From IMG/VR virus record IMGVR_UViG_3300037311_000519, positions 1 through 27,609 of that record: 27,609 nucleotides of DNA; one strand, 5' to 3'. Positions 7,909-16,332 of the stretch are shown here, piece after piece. Within the stretch, counting starts at the first letter, position 1; every line of letters begins with the position of its first letter. The notes under the pieces are model-generated. The model did not search any database. It was given only the letters and a program-made list of their open reading frames with translations, and was not told the origin of the DNA. This DNA is from a virus (taxonomy: Duplodnaviria > Caudoviricetes). The translations under genes were made by a program, and so were the position numbers.

Positions 7909-8847
7909 ATGGCTCCCCGACCCGATAACCAGCAGTTCGAGGCGAACCCGTCGATGACGGCGATCGCCATCGCCTATCGCAATCCCGATGTCGTGATGAT
8001 CGCCGACGAGGTCCTGCCGCGTGTGCCGGTCGGCGGCCGGAACTTCGACTGGACCGAGTACAGCGAGCCGGAGATGTTCACCGTTCCGGACACCCGCGTC
8101 GGGCCGCGCTCCGCGCCCAACCAGATCGAGCTCACCGGCGAAAAGAAGAGCGCGTCCGTGGCCGATTTCGGGATCGACGTGCCGCTCGACAACCCGACGA
8201 TCGCTGTCGCCGAGGCCGCCGGCTACAATCCGCGCAGCCGCGCGGTGGAGATGGCGACCAACATCGTGATGCTCGACCGCGAAATCCGCGTCGCCGCCGC
8301 GATCACCAATGCGGCCGCCTACCATGCCGACCAGAAGCTCGCCGCCACTGCCGTCGATTTCTTCGCCGAAGCGGCCGACCCGTTCGAGGCGATCGACGAG
8401 ATGCTCGACGCTTGCTGGGTGAAGCCCAACCAGCTCGTGTTCGGCCACTCCGCCTGGCGGTCGTTCCGGAAGCACCCCAAGGCGGTGCAGGCCGTGAAGG
8501 GGCAGACCACCAGCGCCGGCCGGCTGACGCGGCAGGAGGTGGCGGAGGCCTTCGAGGTCAATCGCATCCTCGTCGGGTCAGGCCGCGTCAATGTCGCCCG
8601 GCCGGGCCTGACGCCGTCGATGTCCCGCACCTGGGGCGCGACCATCTCCGGTCAGTTCATCGACCGCTCGGCCACGCCCGAGGCCGGAGGCATGACCTTC
8701 GGCATGACGGCGGTGCATGGCGCGCGCGTCGCCGGCACGCTGACGGTCGACATGGGTCTGACCGGCGGCATCAAGGTGCGGTCTGGCGAGAGCGTGCGCG
8801 AGCTCATCGTCGCGCGGCGCGCGGGCTTCCTGATCAGCCTTTCGTGA
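7909..8847 (+). CDS. Major capsid protein
   Basis: 312 aa with GAGAGGA RBS. 'MTAIAIAYRNPD..IADEVLPRVPV', 'FTVPDTRVG', 'LDREIRVA' and 'VRSGESVRELIVA..AGFLI' are typical of Mu-like alphaproteobacterial capsids. Confidence 0.88.
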   Translation: MAPRPDNQQFEANPSMTAIAIAYRNPDVVMIADEVLPRVPVGGRNFDWTEYSEPEMFTVPDTRVGPRSAPNQIELTGEKKSASVADFGIDVPLDNPTIAVAEAAGYNPRSRAVEMATNIVMLDREIRVAAAITNAAAYHADQKLAATAVDFFAEAADPFEAIDEMLDACWVKPNQLVFGHSAWRSFRKHPKAVQAVKGQTTSAGRLTRQEVAEAFEVNRILVGSGRVNVARPGLTPSMSRTWGATISGQFIDRSATPEAGGMTFGMTAVHGARVAGTLTVDMGLTGGIKVRSGESVRELIVARRAGFLISLS

Positions 8848-8865
8848 CCCTGCTGTCCTGATGGC

Positions 8866-8888
8866 GAGCCCCGGCGGGTCCGGGGCTC
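8866..8888 (+). terminator. GC-rich hairpin after the capsid gene (attenuator or 3' stabiliser)
   Basis: GAGCCCCGG-cgggt-CCGGGGCTC gives a 9-bp perfect stem. No U tract, so not a canonical intrinsic terminator. Confidence 0.5.
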
Positions 8889-8909
8889 TGATCAGCACAG
8901 GAGAGAGCC

Positions 8910-9146
8910 ATGTTTCGCGCCGTGTCCCATGTCCTGACCGCGAGCGGGATCGCGAAGCCCGGCGAGGTCTTCGACGACGATGCGCTGAGCCCCGAGAGCG
9001 CGGACGCGCTTCTGAACGCTCGCGCCATCGAACTGGTGGCCGCGCCGCCGCCGGCGTCCGAGCCAGCGCCGGCCATGGCCTCTGGGCCCGCGCCCACAGG
9101 CAAGAAGGCCAAGGCCACCGAGGGCGCGGACGCCAAGGGCGGCTGA
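8910..9146 (+). CDS. Small head-associated hypothetical protein
   Basis: Strong RBS AGGAGAG, host-like codon usage, Pro/Ala linker and Lys-rich tail. Occupies the slot of Mu gp35. Confidence 0.75.
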   Translation: MFRAVSHVLTASGIAKPGEVFDDDALSPESADALLNARAIELVAAPPPASEPAPAMASGPAPTGKKAKATEGADAKGG

Positions 9147-9149
9147 CCA

Positions 9150-9335
9150 CAGCATTTGGAATTCCGAGCGAAAGGATGCGTGGGCAACGGCAAGGACCAG
9201 CGGTGATCGGTTCCACCGCCTCTTGTGTCGGGACATCCGAGTAGGCGCGCCCTCCGCGAGTGGGGGTCGGCAGCGTCCGTTCCGCCAGGCGGGTGAGAGG
9301 CCCGCGCACCATTCCCGCGCGACTGCGCGCACCGT
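9150..9335 (+). ncRNA. Candidate structured non-coding RNA between the small head gene and gp36
   Basis: 200-nt gap in an otherwise overlapping operon. Contains several helices and recurrent RNA loop motifs (GAGCGAAA, GAGUA, UGAGAG); see findings. Confidence 0.5.
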
Positions 9336-9346
9336 TGGGGACCCAC

Positions 9347-9766
9347 GTGGCCTACGCGACCGAACAGGACATCATCGCGCTGCGTGGCGCGGCGGCGCTG
9401 GAGACGCTGCTGCCGATCGACGCCACGCCCGCCGTCGCGATCGCGCGCGCGCTCGATGACGCCACGGCCATGATCGCGCCCTATCTCGCCAAGCGCTATC
9501 ACGTCACGCCGGGCGCGGCCTCGCCCATCCTAAGGCTCTGCGCCGTCGACATCGCCTGCTGGCAGCTGGCCTCGGCCGCCGATCGCCTGACCGAGGAAAT
9601 CGACAAGCGCGCCAAGCTCCGCTTCGAGTTCCTGAAGGACGTCGCCGCCGGCCGCGCCGACATCGCGGAGCTCGAGCAGGCCGAGGCCGCAGGGCTTGGC
9701 GGCGGTGGCGCGGATGGAGACGCCTATTTCGAGGCGCAGCCGCGCCGGTTCGGGAGCGAGCCATGA
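9347..9766 (+). CDS. Head-tail adaptor (Mu gp36 / DUF1320)
   Basis: GTG at 9347 after GGGGA gives the canonical 'MAYATEQDI' start. Also 'RALDDATAMI..YLAKRY', 'LCAVDIA.WQL' and 'FLKDVAAGRA'. Confidence 0.9.
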   Translation: MAYATEQDIIALRGAAALETLLPIDATPAVAIARALDDATAMIAPYLAKRYHVTPGAASPILRLCAVDIACWQLASAADRLTEEIDKRAKLRFEFLKDVAAGRADIAELEQAEAAGLGGGGADGDAYFEAQPRRFGSEP

Positions 9767-10245
9767 GCACGTTGACGCTCCGGCTCAACCTCACCGGCGT
9801 CGACGGTGTCGAGGCCGCGTTGGCGGCCCTCGCGCCGCTCAAGTCCGGCGTTCTCCTGGAAGCGCTGGCTCGGCTGATCCGCGAAAGCGTCCGCGAGCGC
9901 CTTCTGGCTGGCGGCCCGGCCCCGGACGGCACGGCCTGGCAGGCCAACCGCGCGGGCCGCACGCCGATCCTCCACCGCACCGGAGCGCTGGCGCGCTCGA
10001 TCGACTATCTCGTGCACGGGTCCAGCATCGTGGTCGGATCGAGCCTGATCTACGCGGCGATCCACCAGTTTGGCGGCGTGATCCGGCCCAAGAGCGGGGC
10101 GGCGCTCGTGTTTCGCGCCGGGAACGAGACGATCTTCGCCCGGCAGGTCACCATGCCGGCGCGCCCCTATATCGGCCTCTCAGCCGAGGACCGCAGCGAG
10201 ATCATACTCGCCACCGCCCAGTACCTGCGGAGGCTGTTCCCATGA
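9763..10245 (+). CDS. Virion morphogenesis / tail completion protein (Mu gpG, P2 gpS family)
   Basis: 'PDGTAW', 'ILHRTGALARSI', 'VGSSLIYAAIHQFGG' and 'MPARPYIGLS'. Confidence 0.93.
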   Translation: MSTLTLRLNLTGVDGVEAALAALAPLKSGVLLEALARLIRESVRERLLAGGPAPDGTAWQANRAGRTPILHRTGALARSIDYLVHGSSIVVGSSLIYAAIHQFGGVIRPKSGAALVFRAGNETIFARQVTMPARPYIGLSAEDRSEIILATAQYLRRLFP

Positions 10246-10832
10246 GCCGCACCACCGCGCTCCTGACCGCCGTGGCCGATCTGGTGCGCGGCATGCCAAC
10301 CCCGCAGGGCGAGCCCGCCTTCCGCGATGTGCGCGTCGAGCTTGACCGCTACGAGCTCGCCAAGATGGCCGATGAAACATTCCAGGCACCGGCGGCGCGG
10401 GTCTGCTTCCTGGCCGGAAAATCCGTCCCCCGCACGGACCGCGGGCTCGATCGTGATGTCTCGATCGCCATCGTTGTCATCGCCGGGCGCGAAGGGCGGG
10501 CGGATACCCGCTTCGCCTCGGCCGACATCGCCGCCATGGAGCGGCTCGATTGGCTCACCGAGGCCTTCCTCGCCACGCCTTACGTGGGCCTGACCAGGCT
10601 CGGCGCGGCGCAGATCGGCGACCAGATGGTGGCCGTGTCAGAGGCCAGCAACAAGAAGGGCGTGTGCATCGCACTGATCGAGGTCACGTTCCGGCTGCAT
10701 GAGGTGGCGATCGCGCGGCCGGCGATCCAGCGCGGCATCGAGACAGGCCGCCTGCCCTATGCGCCCTCGGGCCTGTCGCTCAATGACGGGCCAAGCATTC
10801 CCGCTCCGCCGGCCACGGGAGGCGGGGCATGA
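10242..10832 (+). CDS. Putative tail terminator/neck protein (Mu gp37-like position)
   Basis: ATGA overlap at 10242, 196 aa, 'PAARVCFL' strand pattern. Function inferred from synteny only. Confidence 0.6.
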   Translation: MSRTTALLTAVADLVRGMPTPQGEPAFRDVRVELDRYELAKMADETFQAPAARVCFLAGKSVPRTDRGLDRDVSIAIVVIAGREGRADTRFASADIAAMERLDWLTEAFLATPYVGLTRLGAAQIGDQMVAVSEASNKKGVCIALIEVTFRLHEVAIARPAIQRGIETGRLPYAPSGLSLNDGPSIPAPPATGGGA

Positions 10833-11446
10833 GCGCTCTCTTGCGCCAGATCATCAAGCGCCAGGCGCGGCTCGAGGCCCGGCTGAACAGCCTGATCATG
10901 CTCGGCACCGCCGAGGAGAACAAAGGCGCGAAGACCCGCGTGCGCTTCGACGATAAGGGGCAGGGCGGCCGGCCCTTCCGCTCGCCGCTGATCGCCCAGG
11001 CGAACAGCGCCGGCTTCAACGGGCAGGGCGTGAGCGCCTTCACCCGGATCGGCATCAACGAGCCGGTGCTGGTGTTCAACCCGGGCGGGGTGATCTCGCG
11101 GCACTCGCGCGTGCTGCCGGCCGGCCATGTCGCGGACCATCCCTCGCCCGGCGCGGCCGAGCAGGACGGTCATGTCCTGACGATCGGCTCAGCGAAAGTC
11201 GAGGTCCGGGACGGACTGATCCGGTTTTCGGTCGGCGACAGCAGGATCACGATGACCAACAGCATGGTCGACATCCGGGCCGGCGCGTCATCGACCAATT
11301 GGCGCTCGTCCACCGTCTGGACCGTGACGGCGATCTTCTCGGTCGACGGATGGCGGATGGAGCACAACGGTTTCAACAACGGATCGAGCCACACGCACGG
11401 CGGCATTCTGCCGGGCGGCAGCAACACTGCGACGCCCAACCCCTGA
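10829..11446 (+). CDS. Baseplate central spike (P2 gpV-like)
   Basis: N-terminal OB-fold pattern ('IGINEPVLVFNPGG'), beta-helix repeats and C-terminal HxH metal-binding tip 'SSHTHGGILPGGSNT'. Confidence 0.88.
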   Translation: MSALLRQIIKRQARLEARLNSLIMLGTAEENKGAKTRVRFDDKGQGGRPFRSPLIAQANSAGFNGQGVSAFTRIGINEPVLVFNPGGVISRHSRVLPAGHVADHPSPGAAEQDGHVLTIGSAKVEVRDGLIRFSVGDSRITMTNSMVDIRAGASSTNWRSSTVWTVTAIFSVDGWRMEHNGFNNGSSHTHGGILPGGSNTATPNP

Positions 11447-11456
11447 GGAGCACACG

Positions 11457-11723
11457 ATGAAGAGCGCCTATCTCACCACCGCCGCGGCCGGCTATTTCGT
11501 CGCCGGCCAGAAAATCCCGTCCATTCAGGATGCCGACGGCAACCGCACGCCGAAGGTCGGCCACCAGCTGATGCTCACGCCCGAAGAGGCGAAGTACGAG
11601 CTGCTCGCCGGCGTCATCATTCCGGCCCCGGCCGAGGGCGAGACCGCGCCAGCCGCCGCGCTCACGGCCCCGGCAGCGAAGCGCTCTTCAAAGGCGCTTG
11701 AAGCCCCGGCGAATGAGGGCTGA
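11457..11723 (+). CDS. Small hypothetical baseplate-region protein
   Basis: Strong RBS GAGGAG, phage-like codon usage, fills the gap between V and W. Confidence 0.75.
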   Translation: MKSAYLTTAAAGYFVAGQKIPSIQDADGNRTPKVGHQLMLTPEEAKYELLAGVIIPAPAEGETAPAAALTAPAAKRSSKALEAPANEG

Positions 11724-11729
11724 CGCGCC

Positions 11730-12125
11730 ATGCGCACCGGCTTCGAGAGGTGGACATTGAAGCCGATCAGCGGCTGGGATCACTGCGCCCAGTCGATCGG
11801 CGTCATCCTCACCACCGAGGTCGGCACACGCGTGATGCGGCGCGCCTTCGGCAATCCGGCGCTCGACCTGCAGGATCGGAACGCCACCCCGCGCGTGATC
11901 ATGCAGATCTACGCCGGCATCGCCCGCGCGCTCAGGCTCTGGGAGCCGGGGTTCCGGCTGCAAACGGTGCGCCTGGTCAGCGCTGGCGAGGATGGCCGCT
12001 TCCGCTTCGAGCTGACCGGCGTCTTCTACCCGCGCGGCCATCTCGGCGATTACAGCCAGCGTGAGGATCGCGCGCTCGTGCTGACCGCCAATGACAACGG
12101 CTTCGCCGTGGTGCGTGCCGCATGA
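11730..12125 (+). CDS. Baseplate protein gpW/gp25 family
   Basis: 'HCAQSIGVILTTEVGTRVMRRAFG' and 'ALRLWEPGFRL'. Confidence 0.93.
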   Translation: MRTGFERWTLKPISGWDHCAQSIGVILTTEVGTRVMRRAFGNPALDLQDRNATPRVIMQIYAGIARALRLWEPGFRLQTVRLVSAGEDGRFRFELTGVFYPRGHLGDYSQREDRALVLTANDNGFAVVRAA

Positions 12126-13033
12126 CCACGCGCTTTCCGATCGACCTGTCCCGCGTTCCGCTGCCGGCGTCGATCCAGCCGCTGGATTTCGAGGCGACGC
12201 TGGCGTCAGCACAGGCGGATTTTCTGCTGGCCTGGAACGCCTTGCGAGCCACGGCCCCGAGCTTGCCGGTGTTCGATACCCTCAATCTGGAGAGCGAGCC
12301 GGTCAATATCGTGCTTCAGACGATGGCTTACCGCGAGATGCTGATCATCGCGGCGCACAACGACGCCATCAAGGCCGTGATGCTGGCGAGCGCGCGGGGA
12401 ACCGATCTCGACGCCATCGCGGCGCGCTACGCCACGGTGCGGTTGACGGGGGAGCCGGACGACGCCTTCCGCCAGCGCATCCTCCTTGCCTATGAGGCGC
12501 TGAGCACGGCCGGCACCTATGGCGCCTATGAGTATCATGCCCGCTCCGCCGATGCGCGGGTGCGGGACGTGGCGGTGTTCGGGCCGGAAAGCGGCTACGT
12601 CAATCCGGGTCAGTCGCTGGTGGTCATCGCCTCCAGCGAGGGGCAGGGCGCGCCGTCCTCGGGCGTGGTGGCGGCCGTCAATGCGCGCCTGCAGGGGGCG
12701 GATGTGCGCCCCCTGACCGATGAGATCATTGTCTCGGCGGTGGAGATCGTCCCCTATGCGGTCGAGGCCACGCTGCGGCTGCCCAATCTGCCCGGCGCGG
12801 ATGCCGTGCGCACGGCGGCGCAGGCGCGGCTTGAGGCGCTGGTGGCGCGCCGGCGCATCGGCGTGGCGATGCAGCGCTCGGCGCTGTCGGCCGCCCTGCA
12901 TCTCGTCAGCGACGCCGGCGACATGCTGGTGCAGGGCGTCAGCCTGATCTCGCCGACGACCGATGTCACGGTGACGCCGCGCCAGATGGCGTCCTGCACC
13001 TCCGTCACCGTCAGGGTGGAGATCGTGGCGTGA
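12122..13033 (+). CDS. Baseplate wedge protein J (P2 gpJ / Mu gp47)
   Basis: 'LESEP', 'AYRE', 'ARGTDLD', 'EPDDAFRQRI..AYEALSTAGTYGAYEYHARSA' and 'VRPLTD'. Confidence 0.95.
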   Translation: MTTRFPIDLSRVPLPASIQPLDFEATLASAQADFLLAWNALRATAPSLPVFDTLNLESEPVNIVLQTMAYREMLIIAAHNDAIKAVMLASARGTDLDAIAARYATVRLTGEPDDAFRQRILLAYEALSTAGTYGAYEYHARSADARVRDVAVFGPESGYVNPGQSLVVIASSEGQGAPSSGVVAAVNARLQGADVRPLTDEIIVSAVEIVPYAVEATLRLPNLPGADAVRTAAQARLEALVARRRIGVAMQRSALSAALHLVSDAGDMLVQGVSLISPTTDVTVTPRQMASCTSVTVRVEIVA

Positions 13034-13575
13034 GCGGCCCGTCCCTGCTGCCGGACTCCGCCTCGCCCGCCATGCGGGTGCTGGACGAGCTGTTCCGCGC
13101 GCGCGTGGCCGACATCTCGGCTGAGGCGGTGCGTCGCGCCAAATCGGCCAGCCTCGCCGACGCGATGTATTTGCCCTGGCTCGCCTATGAGGAGAGCGCC
13201 GACCTGTGGGATCAGGATTGGCCGGAGGCGGAAAAGCGCTCTTGGATCGCGGCGCAGTGGAACATCCACCGCAAGAAGGGCACGATCGGGGCCATGACCG
13301 CCGCGCAGGCCGCGCTGGGCTATGGCGTCCGCGTGCGGGAATGGTTTGAGACCGGCGGCGCGCCCGCGACCTTCCGGCTCGATGTTGATCTGTTCTCGCG
13401 GCCCTCCTGGGAGGCCAGCGATTTCGCGCGCATCTGGGCCGTGGCGCTCGGCGTCAAGCCCGTGCGCGCCATGCCTGTCGCGATCCAGAGCGTGCTCGAC
13501 CGCACCATGCACGAGCCCGTGCTGGCCTTCGGCGGCTCGCAAACGATGACCCTCGATTTCCGGTGGGATGATTGA
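13030..13575 (+). CDS. Baseplate/tail protein I (P2 gpI)
   Basis: 'SLLP', 'LPWLAYE..ADLWDQDWPEAEKR', 'HRKKGT' and 'VREWFE..GAPATF'. Confidence 0.93.
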   Translation: MSGPSLLPDSASPAMRVLDELFRARVADISAEAVRRAKSASLADAMYLPWLAYEESADLWDQDWPEAEKRSWIAAQWNIHRKKGTIGAMTAAQAALGYGVRVREWFETGGAPATFRLDVDLFSRPSWEASDFARIWAVALGVKPVRAMPVAIQSVLDRTMHEPVLAFGGSQTMTLDFRWDD

Positions 13576-14480
13576 TGACGACGCCCGCAATTGTCCTCAC
13601 CAATGCCGGCATGGCCAAGGTGGCGGCGGCCGTTGCGGCCGGCTCCACCGTGCAGGTCACCCAGATCGCGTTCGGCGATGGCGGCGGCGCGCCGGTCACG
13701 GTCAACCGCGCCCGCACGGCGCTGATCGGCGAGCAGTGGCGCGGTGCGATCGACAGCGTGGTCACCGATGTCGGCAATCCGTCCTTGCGCGGACTGGTCT
13801 ACACCTTGCCCGCCAGCACCGGCGGCTACCGCGTGCGCGAGGTCGGCCTGTTCGATGGGGCCGGCGTGATGATCGCCCATGGCGGCGTCCCGGATTTCGA
13901 CAAGCCCGCCCCAGGCTCCGCCTTTGCCCAGGTGGTGACGGGCACGATCTGGATTCACGTGACCGACGCGGACACGCTGGAGATCGTGGTCAACATCTCC
14001 GATGGCGTCCCGCAGGTGCGGACGCTGGCTGGCGGACACGGCATCGCGCCGATTGGCGACCTGTCGCAGGACCGCACGGTCGAGCTTGAGCTGACCGACC
14101 TCGCCTTGCTGCCCGACATCCCGGACACGCTGTCCTTCCCCGTCCATGACACGGCGGGGAGCAGCCTCATCGAGCGCCACCGCCGCGTCTCGCTGCAACA
14201 GCTCGACGCCCGCTGGCTGCGGCAGCCCGAAGGGGCAAGCACGCTGACCGGCGGGCTCGGCGTCGCGCCCATCGGGCAGCTCGACGAGGACCGGATGGTT
14301 TCGCTCGACCTGACCGAACTGGCCTCGCGCACGCGCATCGCCGCCTCGCTGAGCTTCGTGGCCGTGCGCGGGGCGGGCGCGACACCCGCCGACAAGCACC
14401 AGCGCGTGACCTTGCGCACCATGGAACGCCATTTCCGCACCGGCCGCCGCGAGCGGCTCTATTTCTCTCAGCTGGGGTAA
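13575..14480 (+). CDS. Short tail fibre/adaptor with P2 gpH-like N-terminal baseplate-binding domain
   Basis: 'LTNAGMAK', 'IAFGDGGG' and 'GGYRVREVGLFD..G.MIA'. C-terminal half is a 73-aa duplication. ATG at 13575 overlaps the gpI stop. Confidence 0.85.
   Translation: MTTPAIVLTNAGMAKVAAAVAAGSTVQVTQIAFGDGGGAPVTVNRARTALIGEQWRGAIDSVVTDVGNPSLRGLVYTLPASTGGYRVREVGLFDGAGVMIAHGGVPDFDKPAPGSAFAQVVTGTIWIHVTDADTLEIVVNISDGVPQVRTLAGGHGIAPIGDLSQDRTVELELTDLALLPDIPDTLSFPVHDTAGSSLIERHRRVSLQQLDARWLRQPEGASTLTGGLGVAPIGQLDEDRMVSLDLTELASRTRIAASLSFVAVRGAGATPADKHQRVTLRTMERHFRTGRRERLYFSQLG
14022..14435 (+). repeat. Two diverged 219-bp (73-aa) units in the gpH-like protein
   Basis: TLAGGHGIAPIGDLSQDRTVELELTDLA...LSF...HRRVSL (from 14022) aligns without gaps to TLTGGLGVAPIGQLDEDRMVSLDLTELA...LSF...HQRVTL (from 14241). 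Confidence 0.85.
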
Positions 14481-14483
14481 GCG

Positions 14484-14813
14484 ATGCCGTTGCCGGTCTC
14501 CACCATTCCATCGGCCAATGCCGACACCCTGCTTTACACCACGCCCGCGACCACCGCGGCGTCGGTGACGGTTTCGATCTGCAATCGCGGCTCGCAGCCC
14601 GTCACTTTCGGCGTGGCGATCACCGGCGGAGCAGCCGCCCCGACCAATGCCGAGTGGCGCTTCTTCAACTGCCCCCTTCAGCCCGGTCAGTCGATGATGA
14701 GCGCGCCGTACGCGCTCTTGGCCGCGCAGCGTGTCTATGTGCGCGCCTCGGCGGCCGATGTCGCCTTTGCGTTGGATGGCGTCGAAGAGCCCGTGATCGA
14801 GATGGACGCCTGA
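14484..14813 (+). CDS. Small beta-rich tail-fibre-associated protein
   Basis: 109 aa, 'TLLYTTPA....VTVSICNRG' and 'VYVRASAADVAF..DGVEE'. Lies in the fibre cluster. Confidence 0.7.
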   Translation: MPLPVSTIPSANADTLLYTTPATTAASVTVSICNRGSQPVTFGVAITGGAAAPTNAEWRFFNCPLQPGQSMMSAPYALLAAQRVYVRASAADVAFALDGVEEPVIEMDA

Positions 14814-14815
14814 CC

Positions 14816-15727
14816 ATGAGCATCACCCAATCCATCGCCCCGCCGCCCGCGCTCCAGCCTCCGGTGGCGGATGACATCGCCCGCATGCTGATGGGCGCGC
14901 TGCCGCGCTATGGCCGGGGCTATTTCCAGTTTTTCGCCCGCTCGGGCAATTTCGTGGCCCGTGTCGCCGGCCCGCACCGGGTTCGGCTGGTGGGCTGCGG
15001 CGGGCAGATGGCGGCCAACCATTCCCAAAGCTGGGATGGCCCCGTCACCACCTTCGATGGGACGCTGATCGCGCCCGGCGGCGGCCGGCGCAACGGCAAT
15101 GCCGGCGGCCTCGGCGGCGTTCCCGTCATGGGCGATTTTCGCGCGCCGGGCGGTAATGGCGGCAACGGCGTCGACAATGGCGGCAGTTCCTCGGTCTATG
15201 GCGGGGGCGGCGCGGCCGGCAGCCAGATCGGCCGTGGCGGCCATGGCGCGGCGGGTGTCTCCAACCCCGGCGCGGGCGGCGGCGTCGGCGCGGGCGACGC
15301 CGTGGGGCAGGTGCGCGGATTGCCCTTTGGCCATCTCGAAAACCCCACCAGCACGGTGAACTTCGGCTTCCGTCCGTCCTATCCCATGGCGAGCGCGCTG
15401 CTGATCCCGCGCTTCGTGGGCGAGCATTTCGGGCAGGGGCTGTTCACCTACAGCAACAACGGCGTGTTCTTGACCAATGTGGCGCAGCCCGCCTTCGGCG
15501 AGGGCGGCCAGCGGGCATCGACCTCCTGGGAGGCCACCCCCATGGGCGGCGCATCCGTCGATGGCAGCAACGCGCCCCGGCCGGGCCTGTTTGGCGGCGG
15601 CGGGCCGGGCTGCGGCGGCGGCGGCTTCGTGCTCGCGAATGACTACACGCTCACGCTGGGCCATGTGGCCCCGATCGTGGTTGGCGCTGTGGCCGACGCG
15701 AGCGGCTTTTGCGTGGTGGAATGGTGA
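14816..15727 (+). CDS. Glycine-rich tail fibre / receptor-binding protein candidate
   Basis: ATG at 14816. 'RVRLVGCGG', many GGxG runs and terminal 'GFCVVEW', typical of polyglycine-type phage adhesins. Confidence 0.7.
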   Translation: MSITQSIAPPPALQPPVADDIARMLMGALPRYGRGYFQFFARSGNFVARVAGPHRVRLVGCGGQMAANHSQSWDGPVTTFDGTLIAPGGGRRNGNAGGLGGVPVMGDFRAPGGNGGNGVDNGGSSSVYGGGGAAGSQIGRGGHGAAGVSNPGAGGGVGAGDAVGQVRGLPFGHLENPTSTVNFGFRPSYPMASALLIPRFVGEHFGQGLFTYSNNGVFLTNVAQPAFGEGGQRASTSWEATPMGGASVDGSNAPRPGLFGGGGPGCGGGGFVLANDYTLTLGHVAPIVVGAVADASGFCVVEW

Positions 15728-16332
15728 TGACCGACCACGCCGCCGTCGACATCCTGTTGCGCGCCAACGAGGACTGGCGCGACCTGTTCTGGCTTGCGAG
15801 CAGCGCCGATGCGGGCGCGACCCTGATTGACCTGTCGGCCGCGACCCTGACCTTGCACGTGCGCCGCGCCGCCACGGATGCCGAGGTGGCGCTGGTGGTG
15901 TCCGAGGCCAATGGCCGGCTGACCCGGCAGGCCGGCGCGCTCTATCGCGCCGCGATCACCAATGCGGGCTCGGGCTATCCGGCCGCGACCACCATCACCT
16001 TTGCGAATGGGGGCAGCCACGCCAGCAAGCGCCTGCCCTCCGCCAGCGTCGTGATCGGCACGGGCGGTGATGCCGGCAAGATCGTCGACATCATCATCAC
16101 CGATGCGGGCGCGCACTGCGACGGCACGCTGACCGCCAGCATCGCCGGTTCGGGCGGATCGGGGGCTGCGGTCGCACTCACGCTGGGCACGGTGCTCGTC
16201 ATCGGGCTCGACTGGACGGAGATCGCGCATCTCTCCGGGGCCTATGTGCAAGACCTCGTGGCCGAGATCGGCGGCTTGCGCGCCGTCATCTGGGCCGGGG
16301 CCATGACGGTGGAAGAAGGGGTCACCCGATGA
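15727..16332 (+). CDS. Fibre-associated beta-sandwich protein with an inserted 'ITNAGSGY' module
   Basis: TGATG overlap. N-terminal 'IDLSAATLTLHVRR' and C-terminal 'GAYVQDL...WAGAMTVEEGVTR' flank a Gly/Thr-rich insert. Confidence 0.7.
   Translation: MTDHAAVDILLRANEDWRDLFWLASSADAGATLIDLSAATLTLHVRRAATDAEVALVVSEANGRLTRQAGALYRAAITNAGSGYPAATTITFANGGSHASKRLPSASVVIGTGGDAGKIVDIIITDAGAHCDGTLTASIAGSGGSGAAVALTLGTVLVIGLDWTEIAHLSGAYVQDLVAEIGGLRAVIWAGAMTVEEGVTR

Noticed and set aside
9289-9310. tRNA gene suggested by a T-loop-like hairpin
   Set aside because: No cloverleaf, no TTCRA T-loop and no matching acceptor stem; kept only as part of the ncRNA candidate.
8861-9346. ORF 8861..9244 and the 9260 GTG extension of gp36
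   Set aside because: The first overlaps the better-supported 8910..9146 gene. gp36 has a canonical start and RBS at 9347, so the gap is treated as non-coding.
12965-12975. GTCACGGTGAC, resembling half-sites of the late palindrome
   Set aside because: Half-sites are in reverse order with different spacing and lie inside the gpJ coding sequence (V-T-V-T codons).
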